IMG/VR virus record: IMGVR_UViG_3300021957_000032
Span: 1-61,826 of that record
Origin: a virus
Lineage: Duplodnaviria > Caudoviricetes
Reading direction: 5' to 3' (one strand)
DNA: 61,826 nucleotides
Below are positions 43,775 through 54,518 of this stretch, piece after piece. A model generated the notes under the pieces. The model saw nothing but the letters and a program-made list of their open reading frames with translations. It was not told where the DNA came from and did not search any database. Numbering within the stretch: the stretch's first letter is position 1; each line of letters opens with the position of its first letter. Made by a program: the position numbers and the translations under genes.

Positions 43775-43807
43775 TATAGGCACACTATGTAATGTAGTGT
43801 GCCTATA
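43775..43807. terminator. Intergenic stem-loop
   Basis: TATAGGCACACTA-7nt-TAGTGTGCCTATA, 13-bp stem. Confidence 0.55.
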
Positions 43808-43825
43808 TAATATATAAAACAAATA

Positions 43826-44794
43826 ATGGCTATACAATTATTAACATCAGCAGAAGTATCTACTACATTAAAAGTTGGTACAACTGCAGCTATAGGGTCT
43901 CCACTGTATTCAGCGCCTAATTTTGGATTAACCCCTAATCTTATTGTTGCTACACCAGTTGAACCTGTTCCAAACAGCGCACCAGGTGTGTTGCAGTTAA
44001 TGTGCTTGGATGGAACTGTATCAGCAGGTCAAGAGATTGGAAGAGTTCAGTTTGCTCACAAAGATGACTCTACTACTGGTTATGCAAATGCATATATAAG
44101 GACTGTAAATCAAAATTCCGCAGGTTCAGGTTCAGGAGGTGGAGGTAATTTAAGATTTGGAACTGCATCGACTAATTCAGGTAGTTCTCCTCAAGATTGG
44201 ATGACCATTCGTTATAATGGAAATGTGGGCGTAGGTACTTTGACACCTGGCTCTAAATTTGTCGTAAATGGAGATGTTGAATTTTCTGATTCAGGTGACC
44301 GAGGTTTCACTCTAGACCCTACTACAGGGGAATTTGAACTAGGAGATATTGATGGACTTGGTGGTGAAGCATACATGTCTGGCGATTCATCTGACATTAC
44401 TTTTTATAATTCAGGAAATACAACTTTAAACCTTCAAAGTAATAATAGGGTAAAAGTTGGTGCAGGCTCTGCTTCTTACAATTTTGATGTAACAGGTACA
44501 GGTAGATTTACCTCTACAGTTAGAGCTACTAACTTTATATTGTCTTCTGATGAGCGTTTAAAAACAAAAATAAAAGATTTAGAACCAACAAAAATAGATG
44601 TTGATTGGAAGTCTTTTGAAATGAAAGAAGAAGAAGGAGATTATAGAACAGGTGTTATAGCTCAAGATTTAGAAAAATCTCATCCTGAGTTTGTTAGTCA
44701 AGATGAAGACGGTTTTAAATCAGTTAAATACGTAGATTTATTAATAGCTAAAATTTCAGAGCTAGAATCTCGTTTAGCAAAACTTGAAAAGTAA
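43826..44794 (+). CDS. Tail fibre or spike with a C-terminal intramolecular chaperone (peptidase S74-like)
   Basis: SSDERLKTKI, GVIAQDLE...PE.V, C-terminal coiled coil. Confidence 0.8.
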   Translation: MAIQLLTSAEVSTTLKVGTTAAIGSPLYSAPNFGLTPNLIVATPVEPVPNSAPGVLQLMCLDGTVSAGQEIGRVQFAHKDDSTTGYANAYIRTVNQNSAGSGSGGGGNLRFGTASTNSGSSPQDWMTIRYNGNVGVGTLTPGSKFVVNGDVEFSDSGDRGFTLDPTTGEFELGDIDGLGGEAYMSGDSSDITFYNSGNTTLNLQSNNRVKVGAGSASYNFDVTGTGRFTSTVRATNFILSSDERLKTKIKDLEPTKIDVDWKSFEMKEEEGDYRTGVIAQDLEKSHPEFVSQDEDGFKSVKYVDLLIAKISELESRLAKLEK

Positions 44795-45240
44795 TGGCTG
44801 TACCTAATACAACCACATTTGATATGTCTGATGTAAGGACTGCTGTGGGAAACTACGACAATCTTTCAGACCTTTTTAAATTTGCGGATTCAGCTCAGTT
44901 TGATCCTTTGTATGCAGGTAATAAAGATAATTTACTAAATTTTAGAAATTACGGAAATCAAATAGTATGGAGATCTTTTAATGCTTATGGGCCTGAAAGA
45001 AGCTACAATAGTAAATCTTGTGGAACAAAACCTACTTTAACATTATATTACCTTGGAAGTAATAGTAACTGTATTCAACTTGGAAATAAAATTTGTAGTA
45101 ATAACTCTGGAGAAGATTGTAAAGTACTTGCAGGATTCTATTATACTACTTATTGTTTTAGCCAATGGATAGAGGTTCGTTTTGATCTTAAGGCAGGCAA
45201 TTATTTTGTGCAAGATTTAGGATACTGTTTTCCACCTTAA
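44794..45240 (+). CDS. Putative virion protein with a Cys-rich C-terminus
   Basis: MAVPNTTTF...LLNFRNY; TAATG coupling to the upstream gene. Confidence 0.55.
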   Translation: MAVPNTTTFDMSDVRTAVGNYDNLSDLFKFADSAQFDPLYAGNKDNLLNFRNYGNQIVWRSFNAYGPERSYNSKSCGTKPTLTLYYLGSNSNCIQLGNKICSNNSGEDCKVLAGFYYTTYCFSQWIEVRFDLKAGNYFVQDLGYCFPP

Positions 45241-45250
45241 ATAAAATAAA

Positions 45251-45481
45251 ATGGATATAAGAAAAATATCAGTCGGAGCAGACTATAAATCGAGTGCAAT
45301 GCACTATATTGTAAATCAAGAAATTTTAAATGCAAATTATATTATACATTTAATAAAATATGTATCTGAAAATGATTCAATAAAAATATGGATTGAAAAC
45401 AAACAAGGAGAAATATTTCTCTGGAAAGAGTTTAATTCAAATATGCCAATATCAATCGAATATAATATAAATTTTGAATGA
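45251..45481 (+). CDS. Hypothetical protein
   Basis: IRKISVG.DYK..AMHY...WKEFN.NMPISIEY. Confidence 0.7.
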   Translation: MDIRKISVGADYKSSAMHYIVNQEILNANYIIHLIKYVSENDSIKIWIENKQGEIFLWKEFNSNMPISIEYNINFE

Positions 45482-46041
45482 AATCACCTTTTTATTTCAT
45501 TGTAAAACCAAGCAATGACAAAAGGTATGATAATACTAAAAAGATTGGAAATGTTAATTTTATAACAAGCACATCAAAAGAAGATCATACCGTATCAAAT
45601 AGATATGCAATAGTTGTTGAAACACCAATAAACTATTCAGGCCCTATTAAAATAGGAGACACACTTTTAGTTCATCATAATGTTTTTAAATATTATAATG
45701 ACATGAAAGGAGTAGAGAGAAGTGGAAAGAGTTTTTTTAAAGATAATTTGTTTTTTATTGATTTCGATCAATTTTTTATGTTTAAAAGTAAAGACACTTG
45801 GTCATGCCACTCAAAATACTGCATGGTAAAACCTTTACCTAAAAAAAACAATTACCTTAAAACACATCAAGACGAAGAACCTTTAGCAGGTTTAATTAAA
45901 TATACTAATGATTCTTTAATAGAAAAAGGAGTTAATGTAGGTGATAAAGTTTATTTTCAACCTGATAGCGAATATGAGTATAATTTAGACGGTGAAAAAT
46001 TATACAGAATGTTTACTAATAACATAACAATGGTTTCATGA
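45478..46041 (+). CDS. Tandem GroES-like domain protein
   Basis: Two GroES-like halves: FIVKP...IKIGDTLLVHH and MVKP...VNVGDKVYF...DGEKLYRM. Confidence 0.55.
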   Translation: MKSPFYFIVKPSNDKRYDNTKKIGNVNFITSTSKEDHTVSNRYAIVVETPINYSGPIKIGDTLLVHHNVFKYYNDMKGVERSGKSFFKDNLFFIDFDQFFMFKSKDTWSCHSKYCMVKPLPKKNNYLKTHQDEEPLAGLIKYTNDSLIEKGVNVGDKVYFQPDSEYEYNLDGEKLYRMFTNNITMVS

Positions 46042-46325
46042 ATAATATAGAATTAAAATTAGAAATAATTAAAGCAGGAAAAAAAGCTGTAAAAGAGCTT
46101 ATAAAAGTCGCTAACGAAGGTATATTAAAAAAAGACCTAGATGGATTAGCTCCTGATATTGCAGCAGATAGATTAAAGAACGCAGCGGCTTCTAAGAAGT
46201 TAGCTATATTTGACGCTTTTGAAATTTTATCTAAAATTGAAGAAGAAAACAATATGATTAATACAGAAAACGTAGAAACAAAAGCAGCGCTATTTAAAGG
46301 CTTTGCAGAAGGTAGGTCAAAATAA
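46038..46325 (+). CDS. Hypothetical protein, possible terminase small subunit
   Basis: 95-aa helical protein coupled to terL. Confidence 0.45.
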   Translation: MNNIELKLEIIKAGKKAVKELIKVANEGILKKDLDGLAPDIAADRLKNAAASKKLAIFDAFEILSKIEEENNMINTENVETKAALFKGFAEGRSK

Positions 46326-48550
46326 TGTATACACAAACTTTATATAAAATACTTGAAAATGTTGTGCCTGAAAAGGTATTGAATTCTTACAATAAAAAGA
46401 AGGCATGGAAGTATGGATATAATAAAGAATATGACATTGTTATTATTTCAAAAGACGGCACAATTGGTGATGTATATGAAATACAAAAATTACGAATAGC
46501 CTTACCAAAAGTAAAAGATGTTCATAGTTTTAAAAATAATTATTGGGATAAATTAGAATATCCTAAAGAATTAAGTAAAATAAAGAATGTATTTGATTGG
46601 GATAAATATCCTGATACTTTTAAAGAAAAATGGTATGACTATATTGACAAAGAATTTGAAAGGCGTGAAAAAGGTTTTTGGTTTAATAACAAAAACGTTC
46701 CTACTTATATTACTGGCTCTCATTACATGTACTTGTGCTGGACCAAAATTGATGTTGGGCAGCCAAACTTTAGAGAGTCCAATAGATTATTCTATTTATT
46801 TTGGGAGGCATGCAAAGCAGACATTCGTTCATACGGAATGTGCTATCTTAAAAACAGGCGTTCAGGCTTTTCGTTTATGTCCTCATCAGAACTCGTGCAT
46901 GCAGCAACCACCTCACGTGACTCACGTTTTGGCATATTGTCAAAGACAGGGTCGGATGCTAAGAAGATGTTCACCGATAAGGTCGTTCCCATATCACTTA
47001 ACTATCCCTTCTTCTTCAAGCCCATCCAGGACGGTATGGACAGGCCGAAGACGGAGCTTGCCTATAGAGTCCCTGCCTCAAAACTCACCAGAAAGAAACT
47101 TGATGCAAATCAAGCCGTTGAGGAACTCGAAGGTCTTGACACCACGATTGACTGGAAAAACACAGGGGACAACTCGTACGATGGAGAAAAATTAAAAATA
47201 CTTGCTCACGATGAAAGTGGGAAATGGGAAAGACCTGACAACATATTAAATAATTGGAGGGTTACAAAAACTTGTTTAAGATTAGGTTCTAGAATTATCG
47301 GAAAATGTATGATGGGAAGTACATCTAATTCATTAGAAAAAGGTGGAGGTAACTTTAAAAAATTATATACAGATTCCGATGTGGGAAAACGAAACAAGAA
47401 TGGTCAAACCAAAAGTGGACTATATTCACTTTTCATCCCTATGGAATGGAATTATGAAGGATTTATAGATGTTTATGGGTATCCTGTATTTGATGAGCCG
47501 AAAGAAGATTTAGAAGGGCCATTTGGAGACGTAATAGATGAGGGTGTCATCAATCATTGGAATAATGAAGTAGAAGGTTTAAAGTCTGATCCTGATGGAT
47601 TAAACGAATATTATAGACAATTTCCTAGAACAGAGTCTCATGCATTTAGAGATGAAAGCAAGCAATCATTATTTAATTTACAAAAAATTTATCAGCAGAT
47701 AGATTACAATGATTCTTTGATAAAAGATAGGTTTGTTACAAGAGGTTCTTTTAGTTGGAAAAATGGAGTTCAAGATACAGAAGTTATTTTTTCACCAAAT
47801 GATAGAGGTAGATTTTATGTTTCTTGGACTCCTAACAAGCAATTACAAAACAAATATTATTATAAAAACGGAGTTAAATATCCAAGCAATGACCATATGG
47901 GAGCGTTTGGTTGTGATAGCTACGATATATCAGGAACAGTAGGTGGGGGTGGTTCTAACGGAGCTTTGCATGGAATGACTAAGTTTCATATGGATGAAGG
48001 CCCAACTAGTGAGTTTTTTTTAGAATACATTGCTAGGCCTCAAACTGCAGAAATATTTTTTGAAGATGTTCTTATGGCTTGCGTATTTTATGGAATGCCA
48101 ATTTTAATAGAAAATAATAAACCTCGTTTATTATATCATTTTAAAAATAGAGGATACAGAGGCTTTAGTATGAACAGGCCTGATAAAATTTATACTAAAT
48201 TATCAAAAACAGAAAAAGAATTAGGAGGAATACCTAACAGTTCAGAAGACGTAAAACAAGCACACGCAGCAGCTATAGAGTCGTATATAGAAAAGCACGT
48301 AGGTTTTGATATGTCAGGCACATTTAGGGAATCAGATTTAATAGGTTCTATGTATTTTATTAGAACGTTAGAAGACTGGGCAAGGTTTAACATTAACAAC
48401 AGAACTAAGTTTGATGCGTCAATAAGTTCTGGCTTAGCTATTATGGCAACGCAAAAGAACCTTTATCAACCCATTAAAAAGAAATCAAAAATAAAACTTA
48501 ACTTTGCAAGATACGACAATAAGGGAAGTTATAGCCAAATTATACAATAA
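46325..48550 (+). CDS. terL: Terminase large subunit
   Basis: KNRRSGFS (Walker A-like), HDESGKW (Walker B), MGST, nuclease motifs GCDSYD and ENN; next to the portal gene. Confidence 0.88.
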   Translation: MYTQTLYKILENVVPEKVLNSYNKKKAWKYGYNKEYDIVIISKDGTIGDVYEIQKLRIALPKVKDVHSFKNNYWDKLEYPKELSKIKNVFDWDKYPDTFKEKWYDYIDKEFERREKGFWFNNKNVPTYITGSHYMYLCWTKIDVGQPNFRESNRLFYLFWEACKADIRSYGMCYLKNRRSGFSFMSSSELVHAATTSRDSRFGILSKTGSDAKKMFTDKVVPISLNYPFFFKPIQDGMDRPKTELAYRVPASKLTRKKLDANQAVEELEGLDTTIDWKNTGDNSYDGEKLKILAHDESGKWERPDNILNNWRVTKTCLRLGSRIIGKCMMGSTSNSLEKGGGNFKKLYTDSDVGKRNKNGQTKSGLYSLFIPMEWNYEGFIDVYGYPVFDEPKEDLEGPFGDVIDEGVINHWNNEVEGLKSDPDGLNEYYRQFPRTESHAFRDESKQSLFNLQKIYQQIDYNDSLIKDRFVTRGSFSWKNGVQDTEVIFSPNDRGRFYVSWTPNKQLQNKYYYKNGVKYPSNDHMGAFGCDSYDISGTVGGGGSNGALHGMTKFHMDEGPTSEFFLEYIARPQTAEIFFEDVLMACVFYGMPILIENNKPRLLYHFKNRGYRGFSMNRPDKIYTKLSKTEKELGGIPNSSEDVKQAHAAAIESYIEKHVGFDMSGTFRESDLIGSMYFIRTLEDWARFNINNRTKFDASISSGLAIMATQKNLYQPIKKKSKIKLNFARYDNKGSYSQIIQ

Positions 48551-51007
48551 ATGGAGGATGTAAAAATCACGTTAAATCCCACAGGTTTTCCTAGTCAATT
48601 TGTTTCAGACAAAGAAAAGGATTCCTTTGAGTTTGGATTACAAATAGGACAAGCTATTCAATATGAATGGTTCAGAAAAGATGGTGGACAAAGTAGATTC
48701 TACAATCAATGGGCAGACTTCCATAGATTGAGACTATATGCTCGTGGTGAGCAGTCAATACAAAAATACAAGAACGAACTTGCTATAGATGGCGATTTAA
48801 GTTATCTTAATCTTGACTGGACTCCTGTACCTATTATTCCAAAATTTGTAGACATTGTTGTAAATGGAATGGCTGATAGAGTATTCAAAATAAAAGCTTA
48901 TGCTCAAGACGGAATGTCTTTAGATAAAAGAAGTGAATACCAAGTAAATTTAGAAAAAGATATGCTAGCAAAACCTGTTATGAAACAGGTACAGCAGCAA
49001 CTAGGAATAAATACATTTGCTACGTCAGAAGAAGATGTTCCTAATACTTCAGAAGAATTAGCATTACATATGCAGTTGAAGTATAAACCTTCAATTGAAA
49101 TAGCAGAAGAAGAAGCAATAAATACATTACTTTCTGAAAATAGATATTACGAAATACAAAAACAGTTGTACTACGATCAAACTGTATTAGGTGTTTCAAT
49201 GTGTAAAAATACATTTAAGCCAGGTGCAGGTATTTCAATTGAATATGTAGACCCTGCTAATGTTGTTTATAGTTATACGGAAGATCCTCATTTTGAAGAT
49301 TGTTTTTATTGGGGTGAAATTAAAACATTACCAATAACTGAATTGAAAAAAATTGATACGAGTTTGACAAGACAGGATATGGATGAAATATCTAAGTATA
49401 GTCAAAGTTGGTATGATTACAATAATACAGCTCAATATTACAATAATAGTTTATTTAGTAAAGATAGCGCTACTGTTTTGTTTTTTAATTATAAAACAAC
49501 ACATACGTTTACTTACAAGAAAAAAGTAAATTCAGTAGGAGCAGAAAAAGTAATAGAAAAAGAAGATACGTTTGACCCTACTCAGGAAATGCAGGAAGAA
49601 GGAAACTTTAAAAAAGTTTCTAAGACTATAGATGTTTGGTATGAGGGTGTAATGGTGATGGGTACAAATATTTTATTAAAGTGGAGAATGGCTGAAAACA
49701 TGGCTAGACCACAGTCTGCATCTCAAGAAGTTTATCCTGAATATATAGCATGCGCACCTAGAATGTATAAAGGTGTTTTTGAATCTTTAACAAGACGTAT
49801 GATTACGTTTGCTGATTTAATTCAAATAACACATTTAAAATTACAACAAGTAATATCTAGAGTAGTCCCTGATGGTGTTTTTATAGATGCTGATGGATTA
49901 AATGAAGTAGACCTAGGAACAGGCCAAGCCTATAATCCTGAAGATGCATTACGAATGTTTTTTCAAACAGGTTCTGTTATTGGTAGAAGCTATACTCAAG
50001 ATGGAGATTACAATCAAGCAAAAGTACCAATTCAACAATTAAATAGTAATTCAGGACAAGGTAAAATACAAAGCTTAGTTGGTTCATATAATCATTATAT
50101 GCAAATGCTAAGAGATGTAACTGGATTAAACGAGGCAAGAGATGGCTCAACTCCTGATTCATATTCTTTGGTGGGATTACAAAAACTAGCTGCATTAAGT
50201 AGTAATACAGCTACAAGACATATTTTAGACGCAGGTCTTCAAATGAGTCAAAGACTTTGTACAGCATTATCTAGTAGAATTGCGGATGTAATAGAATATT
50301 CAGAATTTAAAGAAGAATTTGTTAATCAGATTGGAAAATTTAATGTTGGATTACTTGAAGAAATAAGTAAATTATATTTGAGTGACTTTGGAATATTTAT
50401 AGAAATTGAGCCTGACGAAGAAGAAAGAAAAATGCTTGAACAAAACATTCAAATGGCATTGCAGAGAGATTCTATAAACTTAGAAGATGCTATTGATATA
50501 CGTGAGATAAGAAACTTAAAGTTAGCTAATCAAATACTTAAATTAAAAAGAGTAGCTAAGCAAGATAGAGTTCAAAAAGAAAAAGCTGCTGCTGCTCAAC
50601 AGCAAGCTCAGATAAACCAGCAGTCACAACAAATGGCAGCACAAGCTAAAATGCAGCAATTCCAAATGGAACAACAAGCTTTGATTCAATTAGAAGAAGC
50701 TAAGATGAGTTTTTCTGTTAAAAAGATGCAAGGCGAAGCCTCGATAAAAGCTGAGCTTATGAATCTTGAATTTTCACTTCAAATGAAATTAAAAGGAGTG
50801 GATATAGATTTGAAAAAAATGGAGCAAGAAGGTTTGAAAAAAAGAGAAGATGAAAGAGAGAATGCTAAGTCTGCTAGAATATCTCAAGCGAATACAGAAC
50901 AATCAAAACTTATAGAACAAAGAAAAAACAATTTACCATCAGTTAGTTTTGAATCCAATGAAGATAGTTTAGATGGGTTTGACCTTGCTGAATTTGAGCC
51001 AAGATAA
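48551..51007 (+). CDS. Portal protein
   Basis: 818 aa after terL; PIIPKFVDIV, TGLNEARDG, Gln-rich C-terminal coil. Confidence 0.8.
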   Translation: MEDVKITLNPTGFPSQFVSDKEKDSFEFGLQIGQAIQYEWFRKDGGQSRFYNQWADFHRLRLYARGEQSIQKYKNELAIDGDLSYLNLDWTPVPIIPKFVDIVVNGMADRVFKIKAYAQDGMSLDKRSEYQVNLEKDMLAKPVMKQVQQQLGINTFATSEEDVPNTSEELALHMQLKYKPSIEIAEEEAINTLLSENRYYEIQKQLYYDQTVLGVSMCKNTFKPGAGISIEYVDPANVVYSYTEDPHFEDCFYWGEIKTLPITELKKIDTSLTRQDMDEISKYSQSWYDYNNTAQYYNNSLFSKDSATVLFFNYKTTHTFTYKKKVNSVGAEKVIEKEDTFDPTQEMQEEGNFKKVSKTIDVWYEGVMVMGTNILLKWRMAENMARPQSASQEVYPEYIACAPRMYKGVFESLTRRMITFADLIQITHLKLQQVISRVVPDGVFIDADGLNEVDLGTGQAYNPEDALRMFFQTGSVIGRSYTQDGDYNQAKVPIQQLNSNSGQGKIQSLVGSYNHYMQMLRDVTGLNEARDGSTPDSYSLVGLQKLAALSSNTATRHILDAGLQMSQRLCTALSSRIADVIEYSEFKEEFVNQIGKFNVGLLEEISKLYLSDFGIFIEIEPDEEERKMLEQNIQMALQRDSINLEDAIDIREIRNLKLANQILKLKRVAKQDRVQKEKAAAAQQQAQINQQSQQMAAQAKMQQFQMEQQALIQLEEAKMSFSVKKMQGEASIKAELMNLEFSLQMKLKGVDIDLKKMEQEGLKKREDERENAKSARISQANTEQSKLIEQRKNNLPSVSFESNEDSLDGFDLAEFEPR

Positions 51008-51034
51008 GCTTGAAAATCAATTATAATTATATAG

Positions 51035-51042
51035 TAACTTTG
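51035..51042 (+). promoter_or_regulatory. -7 promoter box for the capsid operon
   Basis: Intergenic TAACTTTG. Confidence 0.6.
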
Positions 51043-51057
51043 TAAAAATTAAATCAA

Positions 51058-52155
51058 ATGGAAATTAAAGTAAAATCACTAGACTCTGTGCCAGAAAAAT
51101 CTACACAGGAAGTAGAAGAAAATCTACTAAAAAAACACGAACAAGAAAACAACGATAAATCTACTGATGTTGTTGAAGAACAACCTGTAGAACAAGTAGC
51201 CGAAGATTCGGCAGTTGAAAGTCCAACTATAAAAGACGAAGACGTTCTTTCATATATTAAAAATAGATATAATAAAGATATATCTTCAGTTGATGATTTG
51301 TTTGTTGAAAGAGAACAATCGAATGATTTACCTGAAGAAGTATCTAAATATTTAGATTATAAAAAGAATACAGGTCGTGGATTTGAAGATTTCGTAAAAG
51401 TAAATAAAAATTACGATAATTTAGATGACGATCAAGTATTAGCAGAGTACTATTCTTTAACAGAATCAGACTTAGACAAAGAAGACATTCATTATTTAAT
51501 GGAAGAAAAGTTTTCTTTTGATGAAGACATTGACGATGAAAAAGATATAAAGAAAAAGAACATTGCTAAAAAAAGAGAACTTTCAAAAGCTAAGACATAT
51601 CTTAATGAGTTAAAAGAAAAATACAGAACTCCTCTTGAGTCAAGTGGGAATTCTATTTCAGAAGAACAAATTAAGGAAATCGAAGCTTATAAGAGTTATA
51701 TTAAAAATTCTCAATCAGCTAAAGAAGTCAATGATAAGAAGAATGAGTTTTTTGTTAAACGAACTAATGAAGTTTTTAATCCTGAATTCAAAGGTTTTGA
51801 GTTCGAAGTAGGAGACAAAAAAGTAAAATATTCTTATGGTGACGTTAATGAGATGAAGTCTAAGCAAAGTGATTTAAACAATCTAGTCAGTAAATATGTT
51901 GGCGATGATGGTTTAATAAACGATGCTAATGGATGGCATAGAGCGCTAAGTGCTGCTATGGATCCTCAGCGATTTGCTAATTATTTTTATGAGCAGGGAA
52001 AAGCAGATGCGATTGGTGACGTTACTAAAAAAAGTAAAAACGTCAATATGTCAATTAGGCAAACTCCTCAATCAATTGGAGATACAGGTTTTAAAGCTAG
52101 ACAAGTTTCAGACACAAGCGGCAGAGGGTTGAAAATTAGAAGTAAAAAAAAATAA
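51058..52155 (+). CDS. Putative scaffolding protein
   Basis: Acidic, coiled 365 aa between portal and capsid genes. Confidence 0.65.
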   Translation: MEIKVKSLDSVPEKSTQEVEENLLKKHEQENNDKSTDVVEEQPVEQVAEDSAVESPTIKDEDVLSYIKNRYNKDISSVDDLFVEREQSNDLPEEVSKYLDYKKNTGRGFEDFVKVNKNYDNLDDDQVLAEYYSLTESDLDKEDIHYLMEEKFSFDEDIDDEKDIKKKNIAKKRELSKAKTYLNELKEKYRTPLESSGNSISEEQIKEIEAYKSYIKNSQSAKEVNDKKNEFFVKRTNEVFNPEFKGFEFEVGDKKVKYSYGDVNEMKSKQSDLNNLVSKYVGDDGLINDANGWHRALSAAMDPQRFANYFYEQGKADAIGDVTKKSKNVNMSIRQTPQSIGDTGFKARQVSDTSGRGLKIRSKKK

Positions 52156-52179
52156 GTTAAAAATTAAAAAATTATTATT

Positions 52180-53601
52180 ATGGCAGTAGATGCAGTACCT
52201 GGGTTTGACTTACAACCAAGTTCAGAACAGGTTTTATTACAGACAAACTACATTACTAACTTTGATTTCTTAAACCAATATCTTCCAGATACTTACGAGA
52301 AAGAATTCGAACGTTACGGTAATCGTACAGTAGCATCATTCTTAAGAATGGTAGGCGCTGAAATGCCTTCTAACTCTGACCTTATCAAATGGGCTGAGCA
52401 AGGAAGACTACACACTAAATATGCTGATGTTGTATCAGCAGGAGCAGCAGGAGCGGCTACGGCAACTCTAACTATTAACGATGTATTAGTACCTGGTTCA
52501 GGTTCTATCGCAATTCGTGTTGGTCAAACAATTATGTTGTCTGACAGTTCAGTTGCTTCAACTAATAGTAACAAAGCAATTGTAACGGCAGTAGATACTG
52601 CAAACGGAACAGTTGACGTAGCTTACTATGAGTTAGCAGGTCAATCAATGGCAGCAGCAGTAAAATGTTCTTTATTTATCTATGGTTCTGAGTTTCAAAA
52701 AGGAGCTATTGGAATGCAAGGACAGTTAGAAGCTGATGACAGTATTTTCCAAAATTCACCAATCATCATCAAAGATCACTACGCAGTAAGTGGTTCTGAC
52801 ATGGCTCAGATTGGATGGATTGAAGTAACAACTGAAAATGGTGCTACAGGATACTTATGGTATTTGAAATCAGAGCATGAAACTAGACTTCGTTTTGAAG
52901 ACTATTTAGAAACAGCGATGGTTGAAGCAGTACCAGCAGAAGCAGGTTCAGGTGCAGCAGCAATTGTAGAAGGTGTAGCTTCAGGTGTAGGTAACAAAGG
53001 TTCAGAAGGACTTTTCTATGTTATTGAAGAGCGTGGAAATGTATGGAGTGGTGGTAACCCAACAACTCTTGCAGATTTCGATGCAATTATTCAAAGACTT
53101 GATAAGCAAGGTTCTATTGAAGAAAACGTAATTTTCTTAAACAGAGAGTTTGGATTTGACATTGATGATATGTTAGCGTCTCAAAACTCATATGGTAACC
53201 CAGGTGGTACATCATATGGTCTTTTTGACAATGACGAAGAAATGGCTCTAAACTTAGGATTCTCAGGATTCCGTAGAGGATATGATTTCTACAAAACAGA
53301 CTGGAAATATCTTAACGACCCAACAATGCGTGGTGATATCGTTGGTGGAGCTATCAATGGGGTATTAGTACCTGCAGGTTCTACAACTGTATACGACCAA
53401 GTATTAGGAAAGAATGCTAAGCGTCCTTTCTTACACGTTCGTTACAGAGCTTCAGAAACTGAAGACAGACGTTACAAAACTTGGATTACAGGTTCAGCAG
53501 GTGGAGCAGCTACTTCTAGCTTAGATGCTATGGAAGTAAACTTCTTATCTGAAAGAGCTTTATGTACTTTAGGTGCTAACAACTTCTTTATCTTTAAATA
53601 A
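52180..53601 (+). CDS. Major capsid protein
   Basis: 473 aa after the scaffold gene; codon bias of a highly expressed gene; followed by a strong hairpin. Confidence 0.8.
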   Translation: MAVDAVPGFDLQPSSEQVLLQTNYITNFDFLNQYLPDTYEKEFERYGNRTVASFLRMVGAEMPSNSDLIKWAEQGRLHTKYADVVSAGAAGAATATLTINDVLVPGSGSIAIRVGQTIMLSDSSVASTNSNKAIVTAVDTANGTVDVAYYELAGQSMAAAVKCSLFIYGSEFQKGAIGMQGQLEADDSIFQNSPIIIKDHYAVSGSDMAQIGWIEVTTENGATGYLWYLKSEHETRLRFEDYLETAMVEAVPAEAGSGAAAIVEGVASGVGNKGSEGLFYVIEERGNVWSGGNPTTLADFDAIIQRLDKQGSIEENVIFLNREFGFDIDDMLASQNSYGNPGGTSYGLFDNDEEMALNLGFSGFRRGYDFYKTDWKYLNDPTMRGDIVGGAINGVLVPAGSTTVYDQVLGKNAKRPFLHVRYRASETEDRRYKTWITGSAGGAATSSLDAMEVNFLSERALCTLGANNFFIFK

Positions 53602-53618
53602 GATAAGAGTATAATTAT

Positions 53619-53665
53619 GTAGTAGTTGCCCTCGTTGAAATGACGAGGGTAATTATTACTTTTAT
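53619..53665 (+). terminator. Terminator after the capsid gene
   Basis: GTAGTAGTTGCCCTCGTT-GAAAT-GACGAGGGTAATTATTAC followed by TTTT. Confidence 0.75.
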
Positions 53666-53685
53666 TAAAATTTAATCGAAATCAA

Positions 53686-54429
53686 ATGAAAAAAAAGAAA
53701 CAATCTTTTGTAGATAAAACCTACAAACTTACCAGAGACAAAGCTCCATTGAGCTACACAATTCCATCAAGGAATACAAGAAGAAGTACATTATTATATT
53801 TTGACGAAGAGACTGGAACAAACAGGTCTATGCGTTATGCTAAAAATCAAAAAAGTATTTTTGAAGATGAGCAAGATGGTAATGTAATTTTAGAGCCAAT
53901 TATTTTTGAAGATGGCTTTCTAAGAGTAGAAAAACAAAACCAAATATTACAAAAATTTTTATCACACCATCCAGCTAACGGAAAAGAATTTGTTGAAGTT
54001 GACAAAGAAAGAGACGCTAGTTTAGATGTTGATTTCTTAGATGTGGCATTAGAAGCTCAAGTTTTAGCTAAAGATTTAGATATTGAAATGCTAGAAACAG
54101 TTGCACGAATTGTAGTGGGACTTAGAGTTGATAACTTAACGTCTGCTGAATTGAAAAGAGATGTTAGAATGTTTGCAGGAAGATATCCTGAAGACTTTAT
54201 GGAGGCTTTAAATGATCCTTTATTAAAACTTCAAAATAAATGTGCTAAATTTTTTAGTGAAGGTTTGTTAGTTTTAAAGAATAAAAAGGATGTTTATTAC
54301 AACTTAAAAGGAAATAAGAAAAAATTACTTACAGTTCCCTACGGTGAAGACCCTTTATTTATACTAGCGTCATTTCTTCAGAGTGATGAAGGGCTAGAGG
54401 TAATGAGAATATTGGAAGACAAGCTATAA
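53686..54429 (+). CDS. Hypothetical protein downstream of the capsid gene
   Basis: 247-aa ORF. Confidence 0.75.
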   Translation: MKKKKQSFVDKTYKLTRDKAPLSYTIPSRNTRRSTLLYFDEETGTNRSMRYAKNQKSIFEDEQDGNVILEPIIFEDGFLRVEKQNQILQKFLSHHPANGKEFVEVDKERDASLDVDFLDVALEAQVLAKDLDIEMLETVARIVVGLRVDNLTSAELKRDVRMFAGRYPEDFMEALNDPLLKLQNKCAKFFSEGLLVLKNKKDVYYNLKGNKKKLLTVPYGEDPLFILASFLQSDEGLEVMRILEDKL

Positions 54430-54457
54430 CCAATATAAAAAAACAGGCTTTTACCTG

Positions 54458-54492
54458 AAAGGGGCTTCACAAAAAATGAAGCTCCTTTTTTT
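54458..54492 (+). terminator. Intrinsic terminator
   Basis: AAAGGGGCTTCA-CAAAAAA-TGAAGCTCCTTT followed by a T tract. Confidence 0.75.
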
Positions 54493-54493
54493 G

Positions 54494-54501
54494 TATCTTT
54501 G
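54494..54501 (+). promoter_or_regulatory. -7 promoter box for the tail operon
   Basis: TATCTTTG directly after the terminator. Confidence 0.55.
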
Positions 54502-54518
54502 TGAAAAGATTAATAGGT

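Noticed and set aside
37341-45240. Diversity-generating retroelement acting on tail fibres
   Set aside because: No reverse transcriptase and no template/variable repeat pair differing at adenines; the repeats are short protein-level motifs.
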